Shown one piece after another: positions 12,452 through 24,591 of a stretch of DNA of 64,000 nucleotides; the first letter of the stretch is position 1, and each line of letters opens with the position of its first letter. Origin of the DNA: Octopus bimaculoides (lineage: Eukaryota); the NCBI RefSeq assembly GCF_001194135.2, contig NC_069008.1, positions 10,759,083 to 10,823,082 of the forward strand. The letters are read 5' to 3'. The notes below the pieces were generated by a model. It ran no database searches. It had not been told where the DNA came from and saw only the letters and a list, made by a program, of their open reading frames with translations. The position numbers and the translations under genes were made by a program.

Positions 12452-12542
12452 AGAATAAGGGCAGAGAATCGTCAATTAATAATAGAATTAATAATTAACA
12501 ATTCTGCCAAGTAGTTCAGTATGAAAAAAACCTTTATCGGTA

Positions 12543-12641
<99 letters not shown>

Positions 12642-12642
12642 A

Positions 12643-13519
12643 TACAAGGTCTGATCAATAAGTATCCAGAGTGTTGCCATAGTAACAAAGCTAAAGCACA
12701 CAGAGTGAAGCTGGCAAAGACTGACCTTGAACTCTGCTGTGTATGCACACTAAGTTTTAATGTTCTAGCTCATTTCTGCAGTTTACAGCAGTGCTTGGAA
12801 GAAAGGTGTGTTGCGTGTGATTGTCACATTGACCATGACAGAAAGTTGTCAATGCGGTACCTGCTCAGAGGCCTACACAAAGTTGTAGAAAGTGTATGGA
12901 GAGGAGTGTATAAGCTGCACACAAGTGTACAAGTGGTTCAGATGTTTCCAAGATGGCCAACAAAATGTTGATGTTGACAAATGTTCTGAGAAACCTGCAA
13001 CCAGCAGGACTGAGAAAAACATCACAGATGTGCATGCAGCTGTGAGGGGAAATTGTTGAATCACTATCAATGAGTTATCAGAGGATGTGCAGATTAGTTA
13101 CGGTTCAGTTCATTTTCACTGAAGATTTGAGTATCTGCCGTGTTTGTGCCAAAATTGCTTTCAGCTGACCAAAAAGACACTTGGGTTTCAGTTGTACAAG
13201 ATCTCCTTGATTGAGTTGAGAATGATGAAAACTTTTAGAAAACTTTGTGTATGCCTCTGAGCAGGTATTGCCAAGCTTTTGGCAAAATTTGATGCAGATT
13301 CTCTGCTCAACTTTCTCTGTAATGGTCAATGCAATGATCAAATGCTACACACCTTCCTTCCAAGTACTGCTGTAAACAACAGAATCAAGCTAGAATGTTA
13401 AAATTTAGTGCTCATGCACAGCAGAGTTCAAGGTTAATCTGTACCAGGCAGCCTCCAACTGCGTGCTTTAGCTTCATTACTATGGTAACAGTCCAAACAC
13501 TTATTGATTAGATCATGTA
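12643..13519. mobile_element. Mariner-derived foldback element with long (~250-bp) inverted arms
   Basis: TA-flanked TIRs (tacaaggtctgatcaataag / cttattgattagatcatgta). The right arm encodes MTEKVEQRICIKFCQKLG on the minus strand, and the centre has VYKWFRCFQDG HTH remnants. Confidence 0.8.
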
Positions 13520-14067
13520 CATACTTACATACATAAATGCATGTGTACCAGTATATGTATTTTTGTTTGTCAGTGTGTGCCTGAATGTGTGTATGAGAAC
13601 TGTGAATTAATTCACATGTGTATACTTAAACATACATTCTGTTTCATTGTGCAAATAGTCCCTGTTGTTAAGTTACAGTGCTATATTTACGCAGTAAGGC
13701 TGACTGTTTTGTCAAGATTTACATATAGGTGCTTATCTATAATAATTTTTCTACACCTTCAATTATATCAGTAATATCAGGATTTTAACATCAAAACCTT
13801 CCCACTTCCATACTGCATATAGATGTATATATATATATATATGTGCATGCAGTAATAGTATAAAATAGCCACTGGAGTATTTATGTGGAGATAACACCTC
13901 ACATGGACATACTGAGATTAAAGACCCAAAATAATGGAGACAAATAGAAATTATTCCAGCAGCAACTAGGAATATTTTCTGGTGCATTTCTGTCTTCTTG
14001 AGCATTATCAGTGGTCTGTACCCACAGACAGCTACATGCTTATATGAGATTTGTTGCCACTAATATA

Positions 14068-14960
14068 TACGAAGGGGTACTGAAAAATTCCTGACTTTAA
14101 GGGTATTATGAAAGACCTGGTTGGAGGCCCAACCTTCCAAGTTCTTTTACAAGGCTTAGAAAAACTGAAGGACTGCTGCTGCAATAAGTTTGTGAATCTG
14201 GGAGGGAAATATCATCATCATCATCATCATCATCGTTTAACGTCCGCTTTCCATGCTAGCATGGGTTGGACGATTTGACTGAGGACTGGTGAAACCGGAT
14301 GGCAACACCAGGCTCCAGTCTGATTTGGCAGAGTTTCTACAGCTGGATGCCCTTCCTAACGCCAACCACTCAGAGAGTGTAGTGGGTGCTTTTACGTGTC
14401 ACCCGCACGAAAACGACCACGCTCGAAATGGTGTCTTTTATGTGCCACCCGCACNNNNNNNNNNNNNNNNNNNNNNNNNNNNNNNNNNNNNNNNNNNNNN
14501 NNNNNNNNNNNNNNNCAGGAGCCAGTCAGGCGGTACTGGCAACGGCCACGCTCAAAATGGTGCATCTCATGTGCCACCCGCACAAGAACCAGTCCAGGGG
14601 CATTGGCAACGATCTTACTTGGCTTGCCGGGTCTTCTCACGCACAGCACATTTCCAAAGGTCTCGGTCCGTAGTCATCGCCTCAGTGAGGCCCAATGTAC
14701 GAAGGTCTTGCCTCACCACCTCAGCCCAGGTCTTCCTGGGCCTACCTCTTCCACGGGTTCCCTCAACTGTTAGGGTGTGGCACTTTTTCACGCAGCTATC
14801 CTCCTCCATTCTCACCACATGTCCATACCAGCGCAATCGTCTCTCTTGCACGCCACAACTGATGCTTCTAATGTTCAGCTTTTCTTGAATAAAATTAAAA
14901 TTTCATAATTAACTGATCCTCTTGTATTTTGTTTTAACCAAAGCCAAAAACTTCTCTTGT
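14068..14960. mobile_element. ~210-bp mariner MITE interrupted by an RTE 3' fragment
   Basis: The flanks 14068-14212 and 14885-14960 join to match the uninterrupted copy at 26448-26668. Confidence 0.7.
14213..14885 (-). mobile_element. RTE-clade LINE 3' fragment with (GAT)n tail
   Basis: MQERRLRWYGHVVRMEEDSCVKKC...GRGRPRKTW...DRDLWK, followed by the family 3' UTR. Confidence 0.85.
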
Positions 14961-15229
14961 ATAGTGTTTTTAAACTCTATATGTTGGAAAGAGATGTTAT
15001 CCCTGGACACACACTGGTGTAAATGTGCCTTTCAACAATGTATTTACATTAAGTATGATGAAGGTGTGTGTGTGTGTGTGTGTATGTGTGTGTGTGTGAT
15101 CATCATCACTATCGCCGTTTTCATTTACATCTCTTTTTCCATGCTGGTATGAGTTGGATGGCTTAACAAGAACAGATGAGCCACAGGGCATGTTTATTGA
15201 GTATATTATATATAAGCATTACTTATTAG

Positions 15230-15695
15230 ATATACTTCTATTTGACCATGAACTTGTATAAAAAATGTACATTTTTTTAAATATCTAGCTGTTGTTTTCT
15301 TCGGTCTGAATGTTGTATTTACGTTCATAACTCCAACAGTCCTTTTCGAAATGTACAGCGTTCCGTATTGGTTCATTATTGAACTTCATAGTATAACATC
15401 ATAAATTTGAATCATTTGCTTGGTATGATTACAGTTTCAACACCATAATGCTTAATGTCTTTTCAACTTGTTTATTTACATGTATTCATAGATCAACTAT
15501 GAATGTTGTATATGAATGTTATCTATTTTAATTATCTGCCTTCTACTAATAAGACCCTGAGGAGATGCAGTATCCCATATTTTATAATATGCATGAATCG
15601 ATCTGGATATTGCATCGAAATGATCATAGGTCATAATAATAATAAAGTATTTTCAATGGATCAGTTTTTAGCTCTTATTTAAATCGATATATATA
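15230..15695 (-). mobile_element. Decayed Naiad-like PLE 5' end or pseudo-LTR
   Basis: Frameshifted minus-strand KHYG...FEKD...FRPKK resembles the ORF start at 28705-29155. The terminal segment 15635-15695 recurs at 37045-37100. Confidence 0.4.
15553..15632 (+). ncRNA. Type I hammerhead ribozyme, canonical core
   Basis: GACC-CUGAGGA-GAUGCAGUAUCC...GGAUAUUGCAUC-GAAA-UGAUC-AUA/GGUC. Stem I has 4 bp, stem II 12 bp, and stem III is the palindrome AUGAUCAU. Confidence 0.85.
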
Positions 15696-15699
15696 ATCA

Positions 15700-16136
15700 T
15701 CTTCACCATCATCTAGCGTCTGCTTTCCATGCTGGCATGGGTCAGACTGCACCAGGTTCCAATCTGATTTGGCTTCATTTCTATGGCTGGATGCCCTTCC
15801 TAATGCTAACAACTCCAAGAGTGTAATGGGTTCTTTTTATGTGTCACAGGCATGGATGCCAGATACTTGACTCTGGCATCAGCCACAACTATGGTTTCAC
15901 TTGACTTGATGGGTCTTCTCAAGCATGGCATACTGCCAAAGATCTCAGTCACTTGTCATTGCCTCCATGAAGCCCAGCGTTCGAAGATCATGCTTCACCA
16001 CCTTGTCCCATGTCTTCCTGAGTCGTCTCTTCCACAGGTTCCCTCCACAGGTTCCCTCCACAGGTTCCCTCCACAGGTTCCCTCCACAGGTTCCCTCCAC
16101 AGGTTCCCTCCACAGGTTCCCTCCACAGTTAGAGAT

Positions 16137-16140
<4 letters not shown>
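15700..16140 (-). mobile_element. RTE LINE 3' fragment with an internal 13-bp tandem expansion (16031-16128)
   Basis: RKTWDKVVKHDLRTLGFMEAM plus the RTE 3' UTR, and (TCCACAGGTTCCC)x7. Confidence 0.75.
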
Positions 16141-16174
<34 letters not shown>

Positions 16175-16477
16175 CAGAGTTATTAATGAGGGATTTTCAA
16201 TCCAGGCAAAATGCTTTATAAGCTTTCTGTTAGTACATCAGGCTAACAATATTGTTTAGATTACTAAAGAACTCTGTGTATTCTTGTGGTAGGGTCCAAG
16301 GTTATAGTTCATCACTCTTTTATATTGTAAATCCATGGTTGTGTTCCAGTTATACGGATTTTTACACAGAGATATACAAAACAAGGCATAAATAATGATT
16401 ACTGCATTTTTTTTTATTGTATTAAATTTGACTTACAACTGTTTCCAGCAGTCATTATAAGTTCATTATTAAATAAC

Positions 16478-16698
16478 TTAGCGGTTCGACAAAAGATACC
16501 GATAAAATAAGTACTAGGCTTACAAAGAATAAGTCCTTGGGTCGATTTGCTCTGACTAAAGGTGGTGCTCCAGCATGGCCGCAGTCAAATGACTGAAAGA
16601 AGTAAAAGAGTAAAAGAGTAAAAGAGTAAAAGTGTAAAGAGTAAAAGAGTAAAAGAGTAAAAGAGTAAAGAGTAAAAGAGTAAAAGAGTAAAAGAGTA
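16478..16698 (+). mobile_element. SINE family 1 3' half with (GAGTAAAA)n tail (similar halves at 21720-21965, 30090-30300, 34821-34968 minus, 59405-59620 minus)
   Basis: cttagcggttcg...aagtactaggct...gcggtgctccagcatggccgcagtcaaatgactgaa followed by the tail. Confidence 0.8.
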
Positions 16699-16948
16699 AT
16701 TGAGCCGTTGATCAGTTGAGAAAAATTGGACAACCATAAAAATTAGTGCTACTTTTGTAAGGGTCATTCCTGGTTACAAAAAAGCAGAATGCTGAAGGAA
16801 TGGCATAGGTATGGAGTGAGGGAAGGGAAGAGAGACAATTAGAATAAATGTAAGGTAAGTGGAAGAGGGATAAAGAAGAAAGGCGAAGAGGAGTTAGGAT
16901 TAGGAAGAGAAGGACTGAAGTGAAGAAATATTAGAAATAAGTGCAGAA

Positions 16949-17345
16949 GGTGCAGGCTTGGCTGTGTGGTAAGAAGCTTGCTTCCCAACCACATAGTTCC
17001 AGGTTCATTTCCCCTGTGTAGTGCCTTGGGAAAGTGTCTTCTACTAACGTCCCATGCCAACCAAAGCCTTGTAAATAGATTTGGCAGGTAGAAACTGAAA
17101 GAAACCCATTGTATATGTGTGTGTGTGTGTTTTGTATTTTTGTGTGTTTGATCCCACACACCCACCGTTTGACAACCAGTGCTGGTATGTTTACCTCCCT
17201 GTAACATAGTGTTTCAGCAAAAGAGACTGAAGCAATAAGTACCAGGCCTAAAGAAAACGGGGTCAATGCCTTTGAGTAAAAATTCTTCAAGGCAGTGCTC
17301 CAGCATGGTCTTAGTCTAATAACTGAAACAAGTAAAAGACAAAAG
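16949..17345 (+). mobile_element. tRNA-derived SINE family 1, near full length
   Basis: A-box TGGCTGTGTGG, B-box-like GGTTCATTTCCC, ccttgggaaagtgtc core, internal (TG)n and the 3' half. Confidence 0.85.
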
Positions 17346-17890
17346 ATTAAAGATAAAAGGCAATGGTTGGCAGAGTCAGAAAGGTTGCGTTTCTAGGAAA
17401 TGGGATACATTGTAGTAAACTTTCAGGAAAATACTTGTAGAAAGGGAGAGACTGAAGAGTTTGCTGAGTATAGAGACTAACTCTTTAATCTATGCTGAAG
17501 GGTAGACAAAAGACACCATCAGGACTGATGGCTTTTGCATGTCATGTGTAAGTATGCAAGGAGTAGAAGGAGATAAAATTGGAGGAGATTTGCCAAGTGC
17601 ATGCAGTTGTGAGCTGGTTGCAAAGCAGATGAGAAGGTGGGGGTGTACTGCTTATAGAACTAATGTTGCTATGAAATGAAGGGAAAGAAGATTTTACAAA
17701 ATTGGTGGAAATCATTTTGGCAAGGAACCAAGAGGATTGGCTGCAGTTTGAAAGTTGCAATGGCTTGAGAACTGTACAGTGCACCAAGTCATTACTGGAT
17801 AAATATACATCTTTGTTGGAATGGTTGTAAGTGTGTAAATATATGCACACATATATACGTATGTATATACATATATACATATGCATATAC

Positions 17891-17933
<43 letters not shown>

Positions 17934-18695
17934 NNNNNNNNNNNNNNNNNNNNNNNNNNNNNNNNNNNNNNNNNNNNNNNNNNNNNNNNNNNNNNNNNNN
18001 NNNNNNNNNNNNNNNNNNNNNNNNNNNNNNNNNNNNNNNNNNNNNNNNNNNNNNNNNNNNNNNNNNNNNNNNNNNNNNNNNNNNNNNNNNNNNNNNNNNN
18101 NNNNNNNNNNNNNNNNNNNNNNNNNNNNNNNNNNNNNNNNNNNNNNNNNNNNNNNNNNNNNNNNNNNNNNNNNNNNNNNNNNNNNNNNNNNNNNNNNNNN
18201 NNNNNNNNNNNNNNNNNNNNNNNNNNNNNNNNNNNNNNNNNNNNNNNNNNNNNNNNNNNNNNNNNNNNNNNNNNNNNNNNNNNNNNNNNNNNNNNNNNNN
18301 NNNNNNNNNNNNNNNNNNNNNNNNNNNNNNNNNNNNNNNNNNNNNNNNNNNNNNNNNNNNNNNNNNNNNNNNNNNNNNNNNNNNNNNNNNNNNNNNNNNN
18401 NNNNNNNNNNNNNNNNNNNNNNNNNNNNNNNNNNNNNNNNNNNNNNNNNNNNNNNNNNNNNNNNNNNNNNNNNNNNNNNNNNNNNNNNNNNNNNNNNNNN
18501 NNNNNNNNNNNNNNNNNNNNNNNNNNNNNNNNNNNNNNNNNNNNNNNNNNNNNNNNNNNNNNNNNNNNNNNNNNNNNNNATATATATGGGAGAATATACA
18601 AAAAATAACAACAGACGAGGACAGGTGGTGTAAATAACAAAAGTATATATTAGTATGACGCTCGGGAATACGGAAATATGTGTGTCATGTATGAA

Positions 18696-18741
<46 letters not shown>

Positions 18742-18980
18742 TTCATACATGACACACATACATGCAAGCATCATGTATACATCTACATGTAAACATGCAT
18801 GTGTACACATATCCACACTTCTACAAACATATATACTTTCATACATATGCACAGACAATTTCATGCTTACATATACACACATATACAAACAAAATCCATG
18901 CATACATATACAAATACAATCATGCATATAAAAGAATTGCCTTTGGTCAGTTCTAAAATACTTTATTGGTAATTTAAAGT

Positions 18981-19290
18981 GGGATGATAAGGGTTCCACT
19001 TGACCTGATCAATGGAACTGCTTGCTTATGAAATTATCATGCAAGTGGCTGAGCACTCCACAGACATGCATGCCCTTGACATAGTTCTCAGGGAGATTCA
19101 GCATGACACAGAATGTGACAAGGCTGGCCCTTCGAAATGCAAGTATTACTCATTTTTGTGAGCTTTGTGGACTGCAGTGATGTGAAATAAAGTGTCTTGC
19201 TCAAGGACCCAACGTGCTGCTGAGAATCAAGCTCATGACCCTATGAGCACAAGCTGAATACTCTGGCCACTAAGCCACGCACCTTCACTT
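18981..19290 (-). mobile_element. tRNA-derived SINE family 3 (second copy at 26905-27205)
   Basis: Minus-strand head gtggcttagtgg...ccttgagcaagacactttatttcac. The two copies align. Confidence 0.65.
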
Positions 19291-19519
19291 GCATCACAGC
19301 CCAGACGTAGCCTCAGCTGGGTTGGAATCAGAAGGGTTAAAATTCTATTCACTAGGATTCCTTATATGTAAAACCTAAAGATTTTGATGCATAATTGCAT
19401 TCCCCTCTTCATTCATTTCTGTTTCATTTCTGAAGAGGCTTGAGTCATACTTCTCAGCCTTGTTAAAAGTAGAATCATAGCAGCAAATGTTTTGTCCTTC
19501 ATATTTTATTTTTAATTTT

Positions 19520-19660
19520 AGAATTGATGAAATTATATTCAGCCATATCTTATATCTTCATTCAATTTTGATGGAGACTACTTATGGAAAATACTCTTTC
19601 TGATATGATGCTGCTTTGTGCCAAGCTGTAAAATCGTAATGCCTAATCTGACATATATGC
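19520..19660 (-). mobile_element. Possible hAT transposase C-terminal relic
   Basis: AQSSIISERVFSISS resembles the hAT dimerisation motif SERxFS. Confidence 0.3.
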
Positions 19661-20062
19661 TAATCCAGGTCTCCTAGCTTTCATTTTTAAGTGTTGCTGT
19701 TTTACAATAAAATTTCTTACCTGTCAGTAGCAATTTCTTTAAGAAATATATTATACAATCAAGTTCTTACTAGTTCACACCTTGATTTCTCTGTTTCTTC
19801 AGTTTTAAATTGATCAGCCAAAGTTAAAAGGTAAGAGCTGTAAAAAATGGATGTGTGGCTTGAACAAACTCTTGGGAAATGGAATTTTAATCTTTTGAAG
19901 GTTTTCGTTATTTCTAGATATATACATAACGAGCTCTTTGAGCCTAATAGTCAGGGTGTTCAGTTCACAATTATACAGTCATGTTCCAATTCCTGCATGT
20001 GTGTATACGTGGTTTATACATGTGTATGTGTTTGTGCATGTTTATTCATTAATACTTGCATA

Positions 20063-20215
20063 GGTGCAGGTGTGGCTGTGTAGTAAGAAGATTGCTTCCC
20101 AACCACATAGTTCCAGGTTCAATCCCACTGCATGGCACCTTGGGCAAGTGTCTTCTACTATAGCCTCAAACTGATCAAAGCTTGGTAGATGGAAACTGAA
20201 AAGAATCCCATCATA
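20063..20215 (+). mobile_element. SINE family 1 5' part (other heads at 31757-31905, 37233-37390 minus, 47310-47450, 48445-48545)
   Basis: A/B boxes and the gcaccttgggcaagtgtcttctactatagc core. Confidence 0.8.
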
Positions 20216-20435
20216 TATATGTATATATATNNNNNNNNNNNNNNNNNNNNNNNNNNNNNNNNNNNNNNNNNNNNNNNNNNNNNNNNNNNNNNNNNNNNNN
20301 NNNNNNNNNNNNNNNNNNNNNNNNNNNNNNNNNNNNNNNNNNNNNNNNNNNNNNNNNNNNNNNNNNNNNNNNNNNNNNNNNNNNNNNNNNNNNNNNNNNN
20401 NNNNNNNNNNNNNNNNNNTATATATATATATATAT

Positions 20436-20524
<89 letters not shown>

Positions 20525-20525
<1 letters not shown>

Positions 20526-21261
20526 GGTGAATAATTGAATATTAATTCAATTTAAAACCAAGTGGCCTAGCTTATAAAAAAATCTGAAAACTCAGGAAAA
20601 ATTGTATTACACATGTATAAGGGATGACCACTAGGTGGACATCCAGTATGCTAGAAAGAGGTCATCAACGACCCAACCACAAAGAAAAATAATGTTGTCT
20701 AGAAAAATTTCGCAAAAACACCAGAACAAGACAAAATGAGAAATATACAGAATAAAATGGTTTTAAATTGATTTAATATTCAATTTATCACCCTATCTAT
20801 ATAAATAATAATTTAAATAGTTATGTTCTCCAGCCGGCAACATATATTGCAGTGAATTATTCTCTGCAGAATTGTTTCTGGAATTTTGCGTGCCGGAGCT
20901 GAGGCATTTTGAAAATTAACCCCAATGTAATCAGTAGAACTATACGCAAGTCTTATTTTATGAAGACAATTTGTGTATAGTTCTGCAAATTATACTGATT
21001 CTAGAACGTCTATGCTGATGAGAACACGGATGTTGTTACGTNNNNNNNNNNTTGTGTATAGTTCTGCAAATTATACTGATTCTAGAACGTCTATGCTGAT
21101 GAGAACACGGATGTTGTTACGTAAGTAAAACGTTAATGTTCGAAACTGCAATACATAAATAATTCTTTATTCTGTATATTTCTCATTTTGTCCTGTTCTG
21201 GTGCTTTTGCAAAATTTTTCTGGAGAACGTTATTTTTCTTTGTGGTTGGGTCGTTGATGAC
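20525..21261. mobile_element. Non-coding hammerhead retroelement family A: inverted partial copy (20525-20757) plus forward copy
   Basis: Aligns with 40506-41366 and more distantly with 31936-32630. Contains the HHR at 21092-21157. Confidence 0.75.
21092..21157 (+). ncRNA. Type I hammerhead motif (one stem III mismatch)
   Basis: UAUG-CUGAUGA-GAAC...GUUC-GAAAC-UGCA-AUA/CAUA. C15.2 faces A, probably a G-to-A change from GUA. Confidence 0.65.
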
Positions 21262-21316
21262 NNNNNNNNNNATATATCAGTTGTTCATATATTAGAAAAA
21301 GAAGCACACTCTAAAG

Positions 21317-21564
21317 CAGTGTTTCTCAGCCACTTTTTCCCTGTGGACCCCTTTGATTCCTATTCTACTCGGATGGACCTTCCTAGCCATTTGATGATCA
21401 AAAAATATACTTTTATAATTAAATATTATTAGGAATTGTATGAAAAAAATTGTTAAAATATTTTGTGTTTTGTAGAAGTTTAACTAATTTATTGCAGAGA
21501 AGTTTAACAGCAAAATTTTATGTGTACCTCTAAGGGTCATATGGACCCTGTTTGAGAACCACTA
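21317..21564. mobile_element. hAT (Charlie-like) MITE
   Basis: TIRs CAGTGTTTCTCA / TGAGAACCACTA, with an 8-bp TSD CTCTAAAG (21309-21316) / CTTTAAAG (21565-21572). Confidence 0.8.
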
Positions 21565-23050
21565 CTTTAAAGCATGAGAGCAAGAATATAGTTTTTAGGA
21601 AGTTAAATGTTATGGCCGGTCATAGAGTGACCATTGGTTTTGCACCTGTAAAGCACTTAGCACTATAGGTGACTCGTCAGATTCAAAAGGCTGAAGGCAC
21701 ATAACCTCTCTATAACTGGAGGAAGAAATATGTCAGTCTTATATCTATGTGTATGTGTCTTTGTGTCTGTGTTTGTCTCCCACACTGTTTGACAACTTCT
21801 GTTGGTGTGCTTACATCCTTGTAACTCAGCAGTTTGACAAAAGAAACTGATAAAATAAGTACCAGGCTTAAAAAAAGTTCTGGGGTTGATTTATTCAACT
21901 AAAAATTCAAAGTGGTACCTAAACATTGCCACAATCTGAAAGAGATGAAAGATGAAAGATAGAAAGATAATGCATTGTGAGCTATTGGTTATGGGTTAGG
22001 GTTAAGGTTGTAAGTTGAATCCCATGTTAGAGTAGCACATTGTTTTCCATGAGCAAAGCACTATATTTCTTGTTGCTTCTGTCTAGTCACCACTAATGAG
22101 CACCAGCCAGGATGTCGGTGCAGTCCACTCTCCCTCTGTTGTCACATACTGTGTGTTTTATCTATAGGACCAAGGGTGAGAAATCTGAAAGGCTGTCTAG
22201 CTCTTCTTACAACTACATCAGTACTTAATGTAATCTAAAAATTGAATGAATATGACTTTAAACTCTTGGGAATAGAATTTTAATCTTTTAAAGGTTTTTT
22301 CTTGGTTCTTTGAGCATGGCCAAGTGGTCAGGTTCTTTGAAGATGGACGTGATTATACAATCATATGTTCAATTTTTGTATGTTTGTACACATGGCATAG
22401 ACATGTGTATGTGTCAGTATATTTATCTTGTGATGCAGTATGGTCTAGTGGACATAGTGTTCATTTCATGACTATGTTCAATTCCTACATGTGTGTATAC
22501 ATGGTGTATGGATATGTATATGTTTCTATGTGTTCATCCAATAATTCAGCATGGCCTAGTGGTAAGTATGTTTGGTTCATGATTGTACAGTCATAGGTTC
22601 AGTTCTTGGACTGAGCAGTATACTGTGTCTTGAATAAAACACATCATTGTACAATATTTCTGTTTAACCAGCAGCAATAAGCACCAGTTGTCACATCCTG
22701 GATGCTCCACTGGGTGTGTAGGTTTGCTTGCTTGCTACTATATAATATCTTATATAATAAAACACGTCACACTGTAGGGAAAGAAGAGTAAAACAACAGA
22801 TGAAGTGGGAGTGGATGGCAGTGAGAGATGCTAAAGCAGGCAACAGCATTAAATGGCTTTGCCCTGAAGATGCTGATATTTTTAATCACACTAAATTCTG
22901 AATTTTTATTGTAAACTGCATTTACTTTATCAGTTCATCTATCTCTCTCTCTCTCATATGTGTGTGTGCATACACATGGTCATACTCACTCAATTATATA
23001 TATGAAATTAAATAAACACCTTTGTTTTCAAAATATTACCATTCACATTA

Positions 23051-24591
23051 TCTTAATATATAAAGCTGAAGTTGTGTGTCTGTGTGAAGCCTTTTTAAAA
23101 GTTTATAGAAATCCATATTTTCCACTTTTTCGTAAAATATTTTACATCAATGGAATTTTCTCGATGTGAACTTTCCAGTGCAGTAATTAGATTTTTAAAA
23201 TTCTATTTACTTTGTGAAATTTAAGGGAGATTTGGCTTTTGTTTCTAGCAACTTTTATATTTTTTCCATTCTATCTGTACTGGCGTTCTTATACATCAAT
23301 TATGTGCTCAACATATAATATAGAGAGTAAGAGTAAAAGAGGGAGAGAGAGAGAGAGAGAGAGAAAGTGATACATACAAAGTCATAAATTAACTCGGTTT
23401 AAGTCTATTCTTTCCTTCTNNNNNNNNNNNNNNNNNNNNNNNNNNNNNNNNNNNNNNNNNNNNNNNNNNNNNNNNNNNNNNNNNNNNNNNNNNNNNNNNN
23501 NNNNNNNNNNNNNNNNNNNNNNNNNNNNNNNNNNNNNNNNNNNNNNNNNNNNNNNNNNNNNNNNNNNNNNNNNNNNNNNNNNNNNNNNNNNNNNNNNNNN
23601 NNNNNNNNNNNNNNNNNNNNNNNNNNNNNNNNNNNNNNNNNNNNNNNNNNNNNNNNNNNNNNNNNNNNNNNNNNNNNNNNNNNNNNNNNNNNNNNNNNNN
23701 NNNNNNNNNNNNNNNNNNNNNNNNNNNNNNNNNNNNNNNNNNNNNNNNNNNNNNNNNNNNNNNNNNNNNNNNNNNNNNNNNNNNNNNNNNNNNNNNNNNN
23801 NNNNNNNNNNNNNNNNNNNNNNNNNNNNNNNNNNNNNNNNNNNNNNNNNNNNNNNNNNNNNNNNNNNNNNNNNNNNNNNNNNNNNNNNNNNNNNNNNNNN
23901 NNNNNNNNNNNNNNNNNNNNNNNNNNNNNNNNNNNNNNNNNNNNNNNNNNNNNNNNNNNNNNNNNNNNNNNNNNNNNNNNNNNNNNNNNNNNNNNNNNNN
24001 NNNNNNNNNNNNNNNNNNNNNNNNNNNNNNNNNNNNNNNNNNNNNNNNNNNNNNNNNNNNNNNNNNNNNNNNNNNNNNNNNNNNNNNNNNNNNNNNNNNN
24101 NNNNNNNNNNNNNNNNNNNNNNNNNNNNNNNNNNNNNNNNNNNNNNNNNNNNNNNNNNNNNNNNNNNNNNNNNNNNNNNNNNNNNNNNNNNNNNNNNNNN
24201 NNNNNNNNNNNNNNNNNNNNNNNNNNNNNNNNNNNNNNNNNNNNNNNNNNNNNNNNNNNNNNNNNNNNNNNNNNNNNNNNAATTGCCGTCCTAGCTCCTG
24301 CGAAAAGGGATTACCCTGCTATGTATAATCAGGGCAGCGCAAAAAGTTGTTTTGCACAAGCATTTCTATAGCCAATTAGACAGATGAAGTTTACGTACGC
24401 TTAATAATGTTACACAAAGCAGCCTTCAGACTTTCCCTATTAATTTTATCGTCTTTTGAATTATGAACATATTTACATCATAAGGGTTTTTTCATTGTAA
24501 GGCTTTCTTTTTTAGTTGATTTTCACCTAGCAAGACTTATCGTAGATGGCGTAATAAGTCACACCCGGACAACGTCGGGTTATACTGCTAG
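23051..24591 (+). mobile_element. Non-autonomous Helitron (centre in an assembly gap)
   Basis: 5' A|TCTTAATATATAAA; 3' hairpin CCCGGACAACGTCGGG followed by CTAG|T. Confidence 0.6.

Noticed and set aside
20971-21121. Exact ~70-bp tandem duplication that would double the CUGAUGA half of the HHR
   Set aside because: The two copies are identical and straddle a 10-N gap, so this is most likely an unmerged contig overlap.
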